Shown here piece after piece: positions 35,243-38,448 of a DNA stretch of 38,448 bases. The stretch is from positions 1 to 38,448 of the forward strand of contig CAXHMP010000004.1 in NCBI GenBank assembly GCA_964017835.1, read 5' to 3'. The notes under the pieces were generated by a model. It was not told where the DNA came from and searched no databases. It saw only the letters and a program-made list of their open reading frames with translations. Every line of letters starts with the position of its first letter. Position 1 is the stretch's first letter. The position numbers and the translations under genes are program-made. The stretch comes from an uncultured Alphaproteobacteria bacterium. GTDB lineage: Bacteria > Pseudomonadota > Alphaproteobacteria > Rs-D84.

Positions 35243-36250
35243 TTATTCCATAACAATCATGACGACTTTGTGCATGGTCTTGGGCATAATCTTTTCATCG
35301 GGATTTCCAACATGTCCCACCAATTTGCCGCGGGCGTCGGTTTGGACCATGGCGATTTGCGCGGTTGCCGCCGCTTCGGGGGCCAATGTCGCAAAGTCCG
35401 TATCAATGCAGACCGCCATGTCACCCGCCGTGGCCGGAATATCCGCATCGGCAAAAACATAACATTTTTCCGGCAACATCCCACCCAACCGCTTGGTATT
35501 GGGGACAACGGCATAGATGCTCTTGCGGCCTTCGAGTGTCATGGGCGCAACAATCATTGTCTTGTCGGATTTTTTAAAGGCAATGGCCTTGGGCGATGGT
35601 GTGCCGAAAACCGGGACCAATTTTTTGCGCGCACTGTCGTACAGTTTGGCGCCGTACAGACTGCTGTGCATGTCCAGTGCGGACATCGGATTGCCTGGAA
35701 CCAGGACGGATTTAACGCGTTCTTTGACCTTGCTGATTTGTTTGTTTAATTCGCCGGCCTTGTACAGGTTGGAAATTTCATCAAACATGTCACCGACGGT
35801 GTAACCAAATGACTTCGCCAAGGGTTCAATTTCATCCTGATAGATTTCACGTTGGCCCACTTCGATTTTATGATACACCGACAGGGTCATGCCCGCGTCC
35901 TTGGCCGCCTGGGCAATGGTCTTGCCACTTTTTTGACGGATTTTGCGCAGGCCACTGCCGAAGACTTTCAGACCGCTGCCTTCGTTATCGGTCAGGCGGC
36001 GTTTGATTTCGTTTTGCCAGGCATCGGCAACTTCGTCCGATTCCTTGATAAAGATATCCGATAATTTGCATCCCAAAATGGTGCAGATATTCAGCAACTG
36101 TTTCTGGTTCAGGCGACGGACACCCTTTTCAATCTTGGACACAGCGGACAAAGACAGATGCGATTGACGCGCCAATTCGGTCATTTTCATCCCAGATGCC
36201 AGGCGGATATTGCGAATATTGTTCGGAAAAATTATTTCTTCTTGGGCCAT
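35243..36250 (-). CDS. Repressor-like protein with two XRE-type HTH domains and a C-terminal S24 (LexA/CI)-like domain
   Basis: HTH 1 is IRNIRLASGMKMTELARQSHLSLSAVSKIEKGVRRLNQKQLLNICTILGCKLSDIF. HTH 2 is LRKIRQKSGKTIAQAAKDAGMTLSVYHKIEVGQREIYQDEIEPLAKSFGYTVGDMF. The C-terminal region VPVFG...LGGMLPEKCYVFADADIPATAGDMAVCI is S24-like, but GGM replaces the G(N/M)SM nucleophile motif. Confidence 0.78.
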   Translation of the reverse strand: MAQEEIIFPNNIRNIRLASGMKMTELARQSHLSLSAVSKIEKGVRRLNQKQLLNICTILGCKLSDIFIKESDEVADAWQNEIKRRLTDNEGSGLKVFGSGLRKIRQKSGKTIAQAAKDAGMTLSVYHKIEVGQREIYQDEIEPLAKSFGYTVGDMFDEISNLYKAGELNKQISKVKERVKSVLVPGNPMSALDMHSSLYGAKLYDSARKKLVPVFGTPSPKAIAFKKSDKTMIVAPMTLEGRKSIYAVVPNTKRLGGMLPEKCYVFADADIPATAGDMAVCIDTDFATLAPEAAATAQIAMVQTDARGKLVGHVGNPDEKIMPKTMHKVVMIVME

Positions 36251-36272
36251 GGATAAACTCCTGCGTAATTTC

Positions 36273-36291
36273 TTGACAAAATAATAGTCAA
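36273..36291. promoter_or_regulatory. Palindromic operator-like site between dnaB and the repressor gene
   Basis: TTGAC-AAAATAATA-GTCAA lies 23-41 bp upstream of the repressor start codon and overlaps a TTGAC -35-like box on either strand. Confidence 0.3.
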
Positions 36292-36318
36292 TTTTTCAGA
36301 AGTTGGCAAGTGAAATAA

Positions 36319-37878
36319 TTATAAATCGTCGGGAATATCGTCCAAATCCGGCATCGCGTCGGGCGTGGGCGCTTCGTATGACGTCATGGTCGGGGCCGGT
36401 GTCGCGGGGGACGAATCAAATGAATTGGCGGCGCGTGCCTCGAACTCATCCAGGTTGTCGAACAAGCTGTAATCACCCTGGAAAGCCAAATGGACGGTTT
36501 CAGGACGACCATGACGGTTTTTGCCGATAATCACGTCGGCCTTGCCCCGGGCGCGTTCCAGACGCTTTTGCCAGTTTTCGACCATGTTGGAATTGGATGT
36601 GTTGGAAATGCGTTCGGATGGGTCGCGGTTCGCCAAATAGTATTCTTCGCGGTACGTGAACATGACCAAGTCAGCGTCCTGTTCAATGGACCCCGATTCA
36701 CGCAAGTCCGCCAATTGCGGCCGTTTGTCGTCACGTGATTCAACGCTGCGCGATAATTGGGACAGGGCGATAACCGGGACATCCAATTCCTTGGCCAGCA
36801 TTTTAAGTCCGCGCGTGATTTCGGAAATTTCCTGGACGCGGTTATCATTGCGCCGGCCGCCAGGCGACGTCATTAACTGTAAATAATCGATGACAATCAG
36901 CGCAATCCCGCCGCATTTGCGGGCCAGACGCCGCGCGCGGGTGCGCATCATCGGCACCGACATGCCCGGCGTATCGTCAATAAACAGTGGCACGCGACCG
37001 ATGGCCGCACTGTATTGCGACATCTTTAAAAAATCTTCGTCCGATAAAGTTCCTTCGCGCATGGCGGATGCGGGAACCTTGGACTGGGATGACAAAACAC
37101 GCGCCGCCAATTGGGATGCCGACATTTCCAAACTAAAGAATGCAACGGCCCCCTTGTATGCGGGATTGGCGCGTTCACTAAGAATGGCGTTGGCGGCATT
37201 AAAGGCAATGTTCATCGCCAGGGTTGTTTTACCCATGGCGGGACGGCCCGCGATGATAATCAAATCGCTGTGGTGCAGGCCGCTGATGGATTTGTCCAGC
37301 GCGTCCAGACCCGTCGTCAGACCCGACAGTTTACCGTCGGCCTTGTAGGCAACCTCGGCCTCGGCCAGGGCGGATTGCAACGCGGTGGCGATGGATGAAA
37401 CCTCGCGTTCGGCGTCCCCACTGGTCGACAGGTCAAACAGTTTTTGTTCGGCAATTTCAATCTGGCGCGAAACGGGATTGTCCAGGTCTTCGACAAAGGC
37501 CGCGTCTGTAATCGTTTGGCCAATGTTAATCAGTTCGCGGCGCATGGCGTTGTCATAGACAATCCGGCCGTATTGGTCGACGTTGACAACCGTCGCCCCG
37601 GCGCCCGCCAGTTGCGTCAGGTAATCGACCCCGCCCACGCTGTCCAGCGTTCCCTGTTGTTCCAGGTAATTTTTCGCCGTGATGATGTCAAACGGAATGC
37701 CGGCCGCAAACTGACGCTGGGCCAGTTTGTAGATTTCCTGGTGCGCGGGGTGGGAAAAATGTTCGGGCTTTAAAAATTCCGCCACACGTTCCAGCGCCCG
37801 ATTGTTCATCAGGACCGCCGCCAAGACGGCCTGTTCGGCCTCTAGGTTAGTTGGCAAAGTTTTGGGAGTAAAGTCCAT
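36319..37878 (-). CDS. dnaB: Replicative DNA helicase, DnaB family (phage-borne)
   Basis: The N-terminus is LPTNLEAEQAVLAAVLMNN. Walker A is IIAGRPAMGKTTLAMNIAFNAA, Walker B is IVIDYLQLM, and ALSQLSR and SGSIEQDADLVMF are present. The ORF is trimmed from 38148 to MDFTPK. It has an acidic C-terminal tail. Confidence 0.88.
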   Translation of the reverse strand: MDFTPKTLPTNLEAEQAVLAAVLMNNRALERVAEFLKPEHFSHPAHQEIYKLAQRQFAAGIPFDIITAKNYLEQQGTLDSVGGVDYLTQLAGAGATVVNVDQYGRIVYDNAMRRELINIGQTITDAAFVEDLDNPVSRQIEIAEQKLFDLSTSGDAEREVSSIATALQSALAEAEVAYKADGKLSGLTTGLDALDKSISGLHHSDLIIIAGRPAMGKTTLAMNIAFNAANAILSERANPAYKGAVAFFSLEMSASQLAARVLSSQSKVPASAMREGTLSDEDFLKMSQYSAAIGRVPLFIDDTPGMSVPMMRTRARRLARKCGGIALIVIDYLQLMTSPGGRRNDNRVQEISEITRGLKMLAKELDVPVIALSQLSRSVESRDDKRPQLADLRESGSIEQDADLVMFTYREEYYLANRDPSERISNTSNSNMVENWQKRLERARGKADVIIGKNRHGRPETVHLAFQGDYSLFDNLDEFEARAANSFDSSPATPAPTMTSYEAPTPDAMPDLDDIPDDL

Positions 37879-38448
37879 GTCCGATATGGTATATAAAAAA
37901 TTTTCGATTTCAACGCCTTTTTTGCGCGGGTACAAACAATTGCGAATTCCCATTGTCGATGATGGCGGGAATCCGGAATGGCCGTCGGTTTTTCCGCTGG
38001 AAAAAATTGATGAAATGCGCATCGCCGTCGGCGCCCGGCATTTTGCCGCCCAAATGATGCTGCGCCCCATGAACGATGAACAGGCGCGTCTGGATGCGGC
38101 GGCACTGCATCTGTACACGGCGGAATTCGATCCGCGGACCGCGCGCATCGGTGAATTTGTAATTACCGGGGCGGCCGCGTATTGGGACCCGTCGGGCGGG
38201 CGTCATAAATCCGACGGCAGCGTGTGCGTCCTGGTCTACCGCGATGATAAAAATCGCCGCGTGTTTGTGCATGATGTGCGTTATCTGATTGTCGATGACA
38301 ATGACCTGCATCCGTTGGCGCGGCAATGTGAAATGGTATTGGATTTTATGACGTGTCACGGCCTGCGCGCGATTGGTATTGAAACCAACGGGATTGGTAA
38401 CGCATTGCCCGAAATTATGCGCGATGCCGCCGCCCGTCGCGGCACCCC
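37877..38448 (+). CDS. terL: Terminase large subunit, C-terminal nuclease half (partial, runs off the window; not in the ORF track)
   Basis: My translation is MSDMVYKKFSISTPFLRGYKQLRIPIVDDGGNPEWPSVFPLEKIDEMRIAVGARHFAAQMMLRP...ITGAAAYWDPSGGRHKSDGSVCVLVYRDD...GIETNGIGNALPE. It shows the TerL linker (WP..F....I...R...G...F..Q..L.P) and the first nuclease Asp motif (DPS.G...D.S). A GGGAG SD lies 8 nt upstream. Confidence 0.72.
   Translation, partial: MSDMVYKKFSISTPFLRGYKQLRIPIVDDGGNPEWPSVFPLEKIDEMRIAVGARHFAAQMMLRPMNDEQARLDAAALHLYTAEFDPRTARIGEFVITGAAAYWDPSGGRHKSDGSVCVLVYRDDKNRRVFVHDVRYLIVDDNDLHPLARQCEMVLDFMTCHGLRAIGIETNGIGNALPEIMRDAAARRGT

Noticed and set aside
35000-35749. 249-aa plus-strand ORF across the 223-aa and repressor genes
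   Set aside because: It is antisense to two ORFs with good domain evidence and spans their intergenic spacer. Its composition is typical of shadow frames.
34525-37872. 7-bp direct repeat GAGTAAA at both borders of the module interrupting terL, as a possible att site or target-site duplication
   Set aside because: A 7-mer match within such search windows is expected by chance fairly often. Joining at the repeat would still leave the TAA stop in frame, so it does not restore terL.
1-38448. Search for CRISPR arrays, rRNA genes, IS transposases, integrases, reverse transcriptases and classic toxin-antitoxin pairs
   Set aside because: I recognised no regularly spaced direct repeats, rRNA signatures, DDE/tyrosine/serine recombinase motifs or RT motifs in any frame of the ORF track or in the raw sequence.

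Overview
This 38.4-kb window looks like an alphaproteobacterial chromosome segment. That placement is an inference from gene content and order (tpiA-ppiD, lpxI, virB11, an S24-repressor-type HTH protein). From 1 to 27.3 kb it carries mostly housekeeping genes: gap, miaA, priA, parC, rpmG, grpE, tpiA, ppiD, an RNA m5U methyltransferase, lpxI, birA, tRNA-Asp and tRNA-Leu. Mixed in are accessory genes: an orphan virB11-type ATPase, lipoproteins, an APH-like kinase, two beta-barrel OMPs, an oleate hydratase, an HtrL-like transferase, a GIY-YIG nuclease and an 863-aa Cys-rich secreted protein. From 27.3 kb to the right edge lies a T7-like podovirus-type prophage remnant: SleB-like hydrolase, holin-like protein, scaffold-like protein, Lys/Ala/Pro-repeat protein, capsid, tubular A/B-like proteins, tail-fibre N-domain and terminase. 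The main observations are: (1) the large terminase gene is split into an ATPase ORF and a nuclease ORF by a tightly packed 3.35-kb antisense module (DnaB helicase, tandem-HTH S24-like repressor, 223-aa unknown); (2) three paralogous structured sRNA genes each have a consensus-like promoter and an intrinsic terminator, with compensatory changes in several helices; (3) the 3' end of the Cys-rich gene is duplicated as an inverted, promoterless, frameshifted cassette next to the GIY-YIG gene; (4) a CU-rich multi-hairpin sRNA candidate sits downstream of lpxI; (5) birA appears split from a BirA-type wHTH ORF by a 1-nt frame change; (6) a strong promoter followed by two terminators precedes the phage late genes. 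I recognised no rRNA, CRISPR array, transposase or integrase. All calls come from motif recognition by eye. No database search, HMM or RNA folding was run.
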